Shown piece after piece: positions 1-7,314 of a stretch of 32,000 nt of DNA. Under the pieces are notes generated by a model. It did no database searches, was not told where the DNA came from, and saw only the letters and a list, made by a program, of their open reading frames with translations. Origin of the DNA: an uncultured Fastidiosipila sp. (GTDB lineage: Bacteria > Bacillota > Clostridia > Saccharofermentanales > Fastidiosipilaceae); assembly GCA_964479695.1 (NCBI GenBank), contig CAYZSO010000003.1:60567-92566 (forward strand). Direction: 5' to 3'. Each line of letters opens with the position of its first letter. Positions within the stretch are counted from its first letter, which is position 1. A program made the position numbers and the translations under genes.

Positions 1-62
1 GGACTTATTATGAGAAATGAGAAGCCTGTTTTTCTTAATCAGCTGAATGCGGAGTTTACCGT

Positions 63-171
63 ACTTGTAACAATAAGTGGCTGTATGCGTTCCTACCTAA
101 GGAGTGGGACAAAAAATATTGCCGCACTTCTAGCAATAAGCGGAACGATGCGTTCCTTCCACGTTAGTTGG
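63..171. repeat. two 46-nt imperfect direct repeats (63-108 and 126-171)
   Basis: Position-by-position alignment gives 32/46 identical. Shared blocks are ACTT..CAATAAG..GG and ATGCGTTCC. The second copy contains the perfect hairpin GGAACG-atg-CGTTCC. Confidence 0.5.
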
Positions 172-210
172 ATGAAGGGGTGAAGGGATGAAGGGATGAA
201 GGGATAATCA
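171..210. repeat. octamer tandem repeat GATGAAGG x4 plus a degenerate fifth unit
   Basis: gatgaagg ggtgaagg gatgaagg gatgaagg gataatca, read directly. Confidence 0.85.
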
Positions 211-230
211 GATGTGATCTACACAGCTGT

Positions 231-327
231 GATGTGATGTGATGTGATGTGATGTGATCTGATCTGATCTGATCTGATCTGGTCTGATCTGGTCTGGTCT
301 GGCTGGTCTGGCTGGTCTGGCTGGTCT
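231..327. repeat. graded microsatellite: GATGT x5, GATCT x5, GGTCT/GATCT x4, then GGCTGGTCT x3
   Basis: Fourteen contiguous pentamers at 231-300 whose consensus changes stepwise, followed by three 9-mers at 301-327. Confidence 0.9.
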
Positions 328-341
328 GGTTCTGTTGGCAC

Positions 342-368
342 TTGCGGAAAATCTAACTTTTCTATAAT
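342..368 (+). promoter_or_regulatory. candidate sigma-A promoter of tRNA-Ser
   Basis: Perfect -10 TATAAT at 363-368, 15 nt before the tRNA 5' end. Best -35 is TTGCGG at 342-347, but the spacer is only 15 nt. Confidence 0.35.
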
Positions 369-382
369 ATAAGCAAGCACAC

Positions 383-474
383 GGAGAGCTGGTCGAGTTG
401 GCTTAAGGCACCGGTCTTGAAAACCGACGGAGGCTAATACCCTCCCGTGGGTTCGAATCCCACGCTCTCCGCCA
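383..474 (+). tRNA. tRNA-Ser (anticodon UGA), encoded CCA
   Basis: Acceptor GGAGAGC/GCTCTCC, then discriminator G and CCA. Anticodon loop is CT-TGA-AA. Long variable arm GGAGG-ctaatac-CCTCC. T arm GTGGG-TTCGAAT-CCCAC. Confidence 0.95.
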
Positions 475-476
475 AA
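457..476 (+). repeat. attL-type direct repeat (tRNA 3' end), ATCCCACGCTCTCCGCCAAA
   Basis: An identical 20-mer is found again at 2213-2232. Confidence 0.85.
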
Positions 477-480
477 ACAA

Positions 481-515
481 AGCCCAGAAACTCAACGTTT
501 CCGGGCTTTTTCATT
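481..515 (+). terminator. rho-independent terminator after tRNA-Ser
   Basis: Stem AGCCCAGAAAC (481-491) pairs with GTTTCCGGGCT (497-507) with one mismatch, followed by a T run. Confidence 0.6.
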
Positions 516-541
516 TTTACTTGTTGCACTTTTGTTGCACT

Positions 542-1056
542 TTATGAAATGATCTTAGTAAAAAGTTTGTTTATTGCATCTCCTGTTTCGATGTGGTCAT
601 CATCAAGCGCGTGAATATAAACTCCTGTATCCATGCCTTCCGAATGGCCTAGCGTTAGCTTTAATTGCTCCGTAGTGGGTGCAGACTTCGCAAGGCTGGC
701 AAAGTATGACGCAGACGATAAGGCGTGATATCCGTCATATTGTTTTTGAGGCAGTAGCGATGCAAACGTACGCGACACCAGTAGTGATTGATCGGCGTTC
801 CGTCTCGTTGCTCGAAGACGTAAGGCGAAAGAACGTCGCATTGCTTGCGCTATTCTCTGGCGCGTGCAAGGATGTCTTCTGCTAGCGGGATTATGCATTC
901 CGTTCTGATTGCGTTCTTGTTTTTGCCGCCTGTGATCTGGCCTCTGTCGTTGTATGCTTGATTGATATTAATTTGCGACTCTGTAATATCTTCCCAGCGT
1001 AGACCGTAGACTTCACCGGGACGGAAACCGTAAAGCAAAATAAATTGCCATGCCAT
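542..1056 (-). pseudogene. tyrosine recombinase/integrase, 5'-truncated and frameshifted
   Basis: Two overlapping frames (850-1056 and 542-898). Box I is present (FRPGEVYGLRWEDI), as is the C-terminal LGHSEGMDTGVYIH tyrosine motif. The HxLR arginine appears lost (HALS). No N-terminal domain is present. Confidence 0.8.
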
Positions 1057-1190
1057 GATGTTCGGATCAATACTCTTGTCGATTAAAAGTATTTTTACTT
1101 CAGACTATTGTAAGATATTCTTTTCTTTAACTTCTAGTCCTGTAGGAATCTCCAAGGTGTCAGGCCGCCAATGATAGAGAAACACCTGAG

Positions 1191-1601
1191 TCATTTATTG
1201 GACTTTGTTTGCACGTTGTAATCGATTTGTGCTTTCATTCGCTGAAAGATATTCAAGTGATTAATTTCATCGCGAAACTTTTCATAATATGGTTCAAGTA
1301 AATTGTTTGCCGATTTTCGATTAATGCCGGTATTTGCGCATATCAATGACGCGGCGCTGAATTTACTTTTCCCGCACATGCGTATAATTAAATTTAAGTC
1401 AAAATACGCTTTGCCGACTAGCATGTAATTAACGTCGTAAATACTATCAATTAAATCTATTGGCCGCTGGCTTCTCTTTGGATCTGTGACGTATGTGTTG
1501 TTAATCACCATTGTCGTTTTCTCTGTAGGCAACATTGTTCCGCAATACTGGCAAAACCTGTATTTGTCATCAACGTCTGCACCGCAATTTACACATTTCA
1601 T
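1191..1601 (-). CDS. zinc-ribbon domain protein, C-terminal domain unknown
   Basis: N-terminus MKCVNCG..x11..CQYCG (two CxxC pairs). Its ATG overlaps the upstream XRE gene stop in ATGA. Confidence 0.7.
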   Translation of the reverse strand: MKCVNCGADVDDKYRFCQYCGTMLPTEKTTMVINNTYVTDPKRSQRPIDLIDSIYDVNYMLVGKAYFDLNLIIRMCGKSKFSAASLICANTGINRKSANNLLEPYYEKFRDEINHLNIFQRMKAQIDYNVQTKSNK

Positions 1602-2053
1602 TCTTCATTTCCTCCTATTTCGTCTTTTTTCCATTTTTTGATAAGGCTTGCTAACTTTTCGTCTTCTTTGCCTTCGTCCCATACGCTGGAGCTTGCGGCG
1701 TACGGCAAAGGTTCTTCCTCTTCTGTATCTTTATCTTTAACCGCAAGTAAGGCCTCGGTTGTAGTCAAGATTGCGCGTTGTTCTGCTTGCGACAATTTGA
1801 GCATATTTAAAACGACTTGTTTTATTTCAGGCGTTACCTGTAACGTCTTTTCTGAATCAACTCCCATCAGATACGAAGGTGAAACATTCAAGGCGCGTGC
1901 GATTGCACTTATTTTGTCTTGCTTTGGGCTATATTCGTCTCGTAGGTATGCACTGATAGCTGATTGATAGATGCCGGTTTTACTGGCTAGTTCCGATTGC
2001 GACATATTCCTATCTTTAAGTATTTGATCAAGGCGCTTCGAGAATTCAGACAT
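1598..2053 (-). CDS. XRE-family helix-turn-helix transcriptional regulator (151 aa)
   Basis: MSEFSKRLDQILKDRNMSQSELASKTGIYQSAISAYL is a classic Cro/CI HTH. Start moved to the ATG at 2053 because a GGAGG SD lies 7 nt upstream. The track ORF extends to 2131 without an SD. Confidence 0.85.
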   Translation of the reverse strand: MSEFSKRLDQILKDRNMSQSELASKTGIYQSAISAYLRDEYSPKQDKISAIARALNVSPSYLMGVDSEKTLQVTPEIKQVVLNMLKLSQAEQRAILTTTEALLAVKDKDTEEEEPLPYAASSSVWDEGKEDEKLASLIKKWKKDEIGGNEE

Positions 2054-2065
2054 TTTGTACCTCCT

Positions 2066-2190
2066 GAAAACTGTGTAATGCAATTGTAACCGTTGTGAAA
2101 CTTGATGTGAACAGAATTCTGAAAAAATCATTCAAAAAACTGATGACAACAGAAAACTGTTAGTTTAGAATGGAATTTAGAAAACTGATA
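2066..2190. promoter_or_regulatory. repeated GAAAACTG boxes upstream of the XRE gene (candidate operators)
   Basis: Exact GAAAACTG at 2066-2073, 2152-2159 and 2180-2187. Variants: AAAAACTGATG near 2136 and GAAACTTGATG near 2098. Confidence 0.45.
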
Positions 2191-2212
2191 GGAAGGAGTA
2201 CGGCAATGTATG

Positions 2213-2232
2213 ATCCCACGCTCTCCGCCAAA
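2213..2232 (+). repeat. attR-type direct repeat, copy of the tRNA-Ser 3' end
   Basis: ATCCCACGCTCTCCGCCAAA, identical to 457-476. Confidence 0.85.
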
Positions 2233-2243
2233 GTATAGATTAA

Positions 2244-2264
2244 GCCCCGATTCGGGGCTTTTCT
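2244..2264 (+). terminator. rho-independent terminator (probably the original tRNA-Ser terminator)
   Basis: GCCCCG-att-CGGGGC followed by TTTTCTTG, immediately after the attR repeat. Confidence 0.65.
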
Positions 2265-2439
2265 TGTGTTAAGAGCTGCAAATAGTGAACTCTATATGCG
2301 AATCTACTTCAACTGTGCTCATGAAGATCACCTTATCGGGAAATTATCAGGAAATTATTTTCAATACTAAATGATGTCACCAAATGATGTCGCTGTAAAA
2401 ATACCGACGTAAAAGTATCTCGCGAATAAGCTAAAAGAC

Positions 2440-2514
2440 TTTCCTTTAACAAGGAAATTGGATATAATTGCCTTGTAAAAGGAAATAATAAAGAATTTCC
2501 ATAAACAAGGAAAT
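2440..2514. promoter_or_regulatory. two 18-bp palindromic boxes TTTCC-N8-GGAAA flanking a perfect TATAAT
   Basis: TTTCCTTTAACAAGGAAA at 2440-2457 and TTTCCATAAACAAGGAAA at 2496-2513 are 16/18 identical. TATAAT lies at 2463-2468. A third AAGGAAAT half-site is at 2479. Confidence 0.5.
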
Positions 2515-2516
2515 GG

Positions 2517-2659
2517 AAAAACAACACAAAACAACACAAAACAACACAAACCCCAACCCACAACACAACTCAATCACAGCGCCCAAACACAAAGCACCCA
2601 AACCCAAACCCAACCCACAACACAAAACCCACAACACCAACCCACAACCCAAACACCAA
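2517..2659 (+). repeat. C/A-only low-complexity tract (ACAACACAAA x3, then degenerate CCCAA/CACAA units)
   Basis: Only 5 of 143 positions are G or T (2570, 2574, 2579, 2581, 2594). The tract ends 3 nt before the GGGAGG SD of the SatD-like gene. Confidence 0.9.
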
Positions 2660-2675
2660 GCAGGGAGGTGAGCAA

Positions 2676-3344
2676 ATGAACTATTTGGCCATCATAGGTG
2701 ACATGATCAAATCCCGCGAGATCAAGAATCGTAAGCAAGAGCAAGAGCGGATAGAAGAAGTCCTCAGTAAAATCAATCAGCAATATCAGGAGATCATAGT
2801 TTCCAGGATCACGTTGACGCTTGGGGATGAATTTCAGGCGCTTCTAAAGATAGACCACCGAGTCATGCAGATGTTGGATGACCTCGAAACTCAATTGGAA
2901 TTGCCCTATAGGTTGGGGATCGGCTTTGGCCAAATTCGGACGAAGATCAGACCGGAAATCAGTATCGGAGCCGATGGGGAGGCCTTCTGGCACGCGAGGG
3001 AAGCGATTGAGAATATCCATGAGAACGATTGGGGTGGCTATGCCAAAGTCCGGTTTATGGGACTGGGGGAATTGCAGGACCAAACGATCAACGCACTCTT
3101 TCGCACGACTGATACAATAAAACAGAGTTGGACGACGACGAGGAGGGAAACGTTTGCGGAACTTCTGGCGCAAGGGATTTACAGCGTGACCTTTGACCAG
3201 AAGCGTTTTGCGGAATCAATCGGAATCTCTCAGAGTAGTTTGAGTAAGAGGCTTTCCGGTGGGGCGATCAAGATTTATTTGGACGCCCGCCAAACCATAG
3301 GTGAATTATTGGAGGCTTGGTGTGACACAACTGTCGACTCTTAG
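2676..3344 (+). CDS. SatD-family protein: N-terminal cyclase-like region with C-terminal HTH-like region
   Basis: Strong SD GGGAGG. N-terminus AIIGDMIKSRE and LTLGDEFQALL resemble the SatD family of the Streptococcus mutans sat operon. The C-terminus (FAESIGISQSSLSKRL) looks like an HTH. Confidence 0.75.
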   Translation: MNYLAIIGDMIKSREIKNRKQEQERIEEVLSKINQQYQEIIVSRITLTLGDEFQALLKIDHRVMQMLDDLETQLELPYRLGIGFGQIRTKIRPEISIGADGEAFWHAREAIENIHENDWGGYAKVRFMGLGELQDQTINALFRTTDTIKQSWTTTRRETFAELLAQGIYSVTFDQKRFAESIGISQSSLSKRLSGGAIKIYLDARQTIGELLEAWCDTTVDS

Positions 3345-4056
3345 TTTGCTGGTGTTGATCGCTCATTTCCTGGGCGATTACCACTTTCAGAGCGAAAGCA
3401 TGGTGCGGGCGAAACAGCGATCACTGCGAGGACTCCTTCGGCACATAGGTGTTCAGGGGCTTTTGTTGCTGCCACTGCTGCTCTTTGCCGGCATTTCGCG
3501 TGATCTCACTTGGGTCTATTTGGGGTTAACGATTCTTGCCGGCCATTTCGTGCTGGATTTTCTGAAACTTGTTCTTGATCGGCAGAAGCAGAAATCCGCA
3601 GGGCGTTACGAGGCGGTGATTTACGTGATTGATCAAGTCTTGCATGTTACGCTGATTCTTGTTCTGAGTACGTGGGTTTTCCCCGTGTTTCCGCCCGCGT
3701 GGTTGCAGCGGGATTGGCTTACGTGGGGCCTCCTTGCTGTGCTGATTACGAAGCCGGCGAATGTTACGTTCAAAATTCTTTTTCGCAAGTACCGCTTCTT
3801 CGAGATCCCGAATCCGCAAAAGGCTGTCAGTGAAACGCAGGCTGGTGCGGGTGCTTTGATCGGCAATTTGGAGCGGCTTTTGTCAGCGATTTTCCTGGGT
3901 ACAGGCCAGGTTGCCGCGATCGGCTTGATCTATACGGCCAAGTCGATTGCCCGCTTCAAGAAGATTGAGGAGAACCAGAGTTTCGCGGAATATTACCTCA
4001 TTGGCACATTGTATAGCATCCTTTATGTTACGGTCTTCTTCTATTTGATCGTTTGA
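3322..4056 (+). CDS. DUF3307-type polytopic membrane protein (usual SatD partner)
   Basis: HFLGDYHFQS motif and several hydrophobic segments. I place the start at GTG 3322, 6 nt after GGAGG (3311-3315), overlapping satD by 23 nt. The track start is 3301. Confidence 0.75.
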   Translation: MTQLSTLSLLVLIAHFLGDYHFQSESMVRAKQRSLRGLLRHIGVQGLLLLPLLLFAGISRDLTWVYLGLTILAGHFVLDFLKLVLDRQKQKSAGRYEAVIYVIDQVLHVTLILVLSTWVFPVFPPAWLQRDWLTWGLLAVLITKPANVTFKILFRKYRFFEIPNPQKAVSETQAGAGALIGNLERLLSAIFLGTGQVAAIGLIYTAKSIARFKKIEENQSFAEYYLIGTLYSILYVTVFFYLIV

Positions 4057-4091
4057 CCCAGGGCAGCCCCCAGCCACGGTTCCACCCTTAT

Positions 4092-4107
4092 TTTGGCCAA
4101 AGCCGCC
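4092..4107. repeat. copy of the iterated palindrome (TTTGGCCAAAGCCGCC)
   Basis: Intergenic. Shares GGCCAAAGCCGCC with 11766-11778 and 27550-27562. Confidence 0.8.
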
Positions 4108-4192
4108 CGCAACACAGGTCACTTCTTCGGTCCAGGCAAAGGCCTATAATCAGGGTCAGGCATGAAACCGTCAAAGGAAAGGAGATTTAAAT

Positions 4193-4756
4193 ATGACACG
4201 AAGTAATCCGGAAAATAATTCCAAAAGAAATATCCTCATTGTTATTGATATGCAAAACGACTTTGTGAGCGGCAGTTTGGGCACAGCAGAAGCACAGGCG
4301 ATTGTGCCTCGCGTGGTTTCGGAAATTGGTGGTGCTTATTCAGAGGTCCTTTACACGCAGGACACGCATGAAAAAGACTATTTGACAACGGAAGAAGGCA
4401 AACACTTACCTGTGATCCACTGCCAAAATGGGACAGAAGGCTGGGCGATCGAAAGTGGGGTGGGGGTGGCTTTGGCCGAGAGAAAAGCCAAGGGATTTAC
4501 GAAACCGACCTTCGGCTCACTTGACTTGGCGGAAGAACTTGTCCGAATGAACCAGGAAAAGCCGCTGGATCAGCTGACCTTCATTGGCCTCTGCACTGAT
4601 ATCTGTGTGATTTCGAATGCACTTGTGGCGAAGGCACACCTGCCGAATCTCCCGATACGCGTGATTGCTGACTGCTGTGCGGGTGTGACTCCGGAGAGCC
4701 ACGAAACGGCGCTAAGGGCGATGGAAGCGTGCCAAATTGAGATTATCCGAGAGTGA
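4193..4756 (+). CDS. pncA: isochorismatase-fold cysteine hydrolase, nicotinamidase-like
   Basis: VIDMQNDF (catalytic Asp), QDTHEKD...LPVIHC (metal-site-like) and GLCTDICV (catalytic Cys). SD AAGGAG. Confidence 0.7.
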   Translation: MTRSNPENNSKRNILIVIDMQNDFVSGSLGTAEAQAIVPRVVSEIGGAYSEVLYTQDTHEKDYLTTEEGKHLPVIHCQNGTEGWAIESGVGVALAERKAKGFTKPTFGSLDLAEELVRMNQEKPLDQLTFIGLCTDICVISNALVAKAHLPNLPIRVIADCCAGVTPESHETALRAMEACQIEIIRE

Positions 4757-4795
4757 AAATAGAGTTAAATAATAGAGTTAAAAAATAGAGTCAAT
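4757..4795. repeat. ATAGAGTTA x3 degenerate tandem repeat directly after the stop codon
   Basis: atagagtta at 4759-4767 and 4772-4780, atagagtca at 4785-4793. The gene end GAGAGTGAAAA resembles the unit. Confidence 0.75.
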
Positions 4796-4954
4796 ATAAT
4801 TACCGTGGGGTGCCTGCGATGTGCAAAGTCAAGGTTAACTCTTAACCTTAGTTTAACCTTCTTCTAACATTCAGAGCGGTGTAGTTTAGTACACTAGAAG
4901 AGAGTTTTCTGCTGAGGCAGCCCGTGTGTTACACGAGGCAAACAGGGAGGAACC

Positions 4955-6685
4955 ATGGGAGAAACGAGGAGACTGACAAGGAGAGACGATCGAGGCGTGG
5001 GAGACGCAAGGATTTCATTTCAGAACGGACTTCGAAAATTTCATCTATTTCAGAAAGGGAAGAAGGGTTTGGGACTTGTTGCGATGGTCCTTGCACTGAC
5101 ACTCTTTCTTGCAGCTTGTGGCAACGGGACTACAACGGATTCACAAGCGGATAAGGTATTCCCGGGGCAGCGGGCACAAAGTACGATAAGAATTGTGTCC
5201 GGGTCGGAGAACCGGGTATTGGAACCAATTATTGAAGAATTTACCAAGAAAAATCCGGTGACCATCGAAATGACCTATATGGGGTCTCTCGAGATTATGC
5301 GTTTGCTTCAGGGCGACCAAATTCCATATGATGCGGTCTGGCCGGCTTCCAGTTTATGGGTTTCGGTAGGTGATGAGGCCCACCGGGTCAAGCACCTGGA
5401 ATCGACATCAACAACGCCTGTCATCTTCGGTATCAAAGAGAGTGTGGCCGAACGTCTGGGGTTTATTGGCCGAGATGTGTATGTGCGTGACCTACTGACA
5501 GCAATCCAGAATAAAGAACTGACGTTTACAATGACTTCCGCGACCCAGTCCAATTCCGGCGCGAGTGCGTATATCGGCTTCATCTATGCCCTGCTGGGCT
5601 CGCCTGAACAAATTACGCTTGAAGCGCTCCATGACCAGAATTTCCAAGAAGAAATGCGCAATTTACTAGCCGGTGTAGAACGTTCTTCCGGCAGCTCTGA
5701 TTGGCTGAAGGATCTCTACTTGCAAGGCGATTATGATGCGATGGTGAATTATGAAGCTTTGATTATTTCCGCGAATCAGGAACTTGAGCGTGAGAATCGG
5801 GAAGTGATGCATGCAATCTACCCGGTGGACGGCATGATGATGGCGAATTCGCCCTTGGGTTTCGTGTCGTCGAATGGGGAGTCGGGCAGAGATGAGCAGA
5901 AACAGGAAGAAGCTTTCCTCCGTTTCCAGGAATATCTCCTGAGCACAGAGGTGCAAGATCAAATTCAGCGAACCGGCCGACGGACTGGTGTGGGGAATGT
6001 CGATCCTAAGAATAGTGACGTGTTCCGCACGGATTGGGGGATCGATACCGGTCGAGTGATTTCCACAATTAATATGCCGAAACAAGATGTCTTGTTTGAG
6101 GCTTTGAATCTCTATCAATCTTCGTTCAAGAAGCCCGGCTTGAACGTCTATGTGCTTGATTTTTCGGGCTCGATGCAGGGACAAGGGCGCGAGCAATTGG
6201 TGCAGGCTTTGGGCGAAATTATGATTAGCGAGAACGCGGCAAAGAATTTCCTGCAAGCGTCTGACACGGAGAAAAACGTCTTCATTCCCTTTAACAGTCA
6301 ATCGTACACACCGGAGGCTGTGACCGGTGGCGGCGCGGCGCTGGAAGCGCTCTACCAGGATCTGTCCAAAATCCCGGCGAGCGGCGGGACGGCTCTCTAT
6401 GAGGCGGTCTTGGATGCGCTGGCCTATATTCAAGGTGAAGATCTGAATTACTATTCACCGTCTATCATTATTATGTCCGATGGGCAGCCCAATGGCGCGA
6501 TGAGTTTCCGCGATCTGGAGACCCGCTATCAGGAGATGAAGTTGGATATTCCTATTTTCTCTATCTTGTTTGGCTCGGCGGATGAAAGCCAGATGGACCA
6601 GATTGCCGAGCTTTCGCGAGCGCGGGTTTTCGACGGCCGCGAAGATTTGACTGCTGCATTCCGCAGCGTCAGAGGGTATAACTGA
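4955..6685 (+). CDS. lipoprotein with solute-binding-like N-domain and C-terminal von Willebrand A (MIDAS) domain
   Basis: Lipobox LFLAAC-GNG. The vWA MIDAS residues are DFSGS, GGTALYEA and IIMSDGQPNG. SD GGGAGG. Confidence 0.85.
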   Translation: MGETRRLTRRDDRGVGDARISFQNGLRKFHLFQKGKKGLGLVAMVLALTLFLAACGNGTTTDSQADKVFPGQRAQSTIRIVSGSENRVLEPIIEEFTKKNPVTIEMTYMGSLEIMRLLQGDQIPYDAVWPASSLWVSVGDEAHRVKHLESTSTTPVIFGIKESVAERLGFIGRDVYVRDLLTAIQNKELTFTMTSATQSNSGASAYIGFIYALLGSPEQITLEALHDQNFQEEMRNLLAGVERSSGSSDWLKDLYLQGDYDAMVNYEALIISANQELERENREVMHAIYPVDGMMMANSPLGFVSSNGESGRDEQKQEEAFLRFQEYLLSTEVQDQIQRTGRRTGVGNVDPKNSDVFRTDWGIDTGRVISTINMPKQDVLFEALNLYQSSFKKPGLNVYVLDFSGSMQGQGREQLVQALGEIMISENAAKNFLQASDTEKNVFIPFNSQSYTPEAVTGGGAALEALYQDLSKIPASGGTALYEAVLDALAYIQGEDLNYYSPSIIIMSDGQPNGAMSFRDLETRYQEMKLDIPIFSILFGSADESQMDQIAELSRARVFDGREDLTAAFRSVRGYN

Positions 6686-7314
6686 TGCAGAGTTCACCAC
6701 GCCAGTTTATTTTGGCTTTGCTTGCGGCATTGGCAGTCTTTTTCGGGACCTGGTCCGGTTTACAGTGGCCGGTTCTGCTTGCGGCTGGTCTCGCAGTGGG
6801 TACGTACGTCGGGGTTTATTTGCTGGCTAAGCCCAAGCTTCGCATTGGCCACATCCGCGTGGATTCTTTGCCGGACGGCGATGAATTGAAACGTTTGCTT
6901 CTGGAGGCCAAAGACGATATGGACGCAATTAATCGGGCCAGCAAGCAAATCACCAATCTGCCGATCCGCCAGCAGAGCGAGCAACTTTATCAAACAGGCA
7001 TCCGCATTCTGGAGTATCTCGAGAAAAATCCCGATCGAATCCCGGCCGCAAGGCGCTTCCTAGGTTACTACCTGAATACTGCACGCGATATTTTGGAAAA
7101 ATACTTACCGTTTCAGAACTCCGGTCTGCGAACGGACGAAGTGAAACGTGTGACGCAAGCGACGGAGAGAGCGATGCCGATCTTGAATCAGGCTTTTGAA
7201 ACGCAATTTACGAATTTGATGCAAAACGACATTATGGATATTGAATCCGATATTAAGGTTCTGGAGATGACCTTGCAATCCGAAGGGGGCATACATGGCT
7301 CTGAGCAGAAGTAA
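6685..7314 (+). CDS. XpaC-like (5-bromo-4-chloroindolyl phosphate hydrolysis family) membrane protein
   Basis: 209 aa with two N-terminal TM helices and a helical C-terminal domain. The start overlaps the upstream stop (TGATG). Adjacency to TelA mirrors the xpaC-yaaN pairing of Bacillus subtilis. Confidence 0.6.
   Translation: MQSSPRQFILALLAALAVFFGTWSGLQWPVLLAAGLAVGTYVGVYLLAKPKLRIGHIRVDSLPDGDELKRLLLEAKDDMDAINRASKQITNLPIRQQSEQLYQTGIRILEYLEKNPDRIPAARRFLGYYLNTARDILEKYLPFQNSGLRTDEVKRVTQATERAMPILNQAFETQFTNLMQNDIMDIESDIKVLEMTLQSEGGIHGSEQK

Larger units (their letters stand above)
477..2232. mobile_element. decayed tRNA-Ser-integrated element (phage or satellite remnant), ~1.75 kb
   Basis: Bounded by the 20-bp direct repeats. 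Contains integrase fragments, an XRE repressor and a zinc-ribbon gene. Visibly AT-richer than the flanks. The original tRNA terminator is displaced to 2244-2264. Confidence 0.8.

Noticed and set aside
171-327. Possible CRISPR array, here and at the other tandem repeats
   Set aside because: Units are 5-24 nt and contiguous, with no unique spacers of 25-40 nt, and there are no cas genes in the window.
2206-2238. 10-codon mini-ORF (MYDPTLSAKV) with a good SD reading into attR
   Set aside because: Most likely the stump of a truncated island gene rather than a functional peptide. It is noted under the island finding only.
2333-2783. Four overlapping minus-strand ORFs (68-77 aa) rich in C, V, W, G and L
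   Set aside because: They are translations of the complement of the C/A-only tract and adjacent repeats. The peptides are low-complexity, have no SD, and mutually overlap in several frames.
5666-6433. 255-aa ORF antisense to the vWA lipoprotein gene
   Set aside because: No SD and R/H/L-rich composition typical of antisense frames. The sense strand has clear lipobox and MIDAS motifs.
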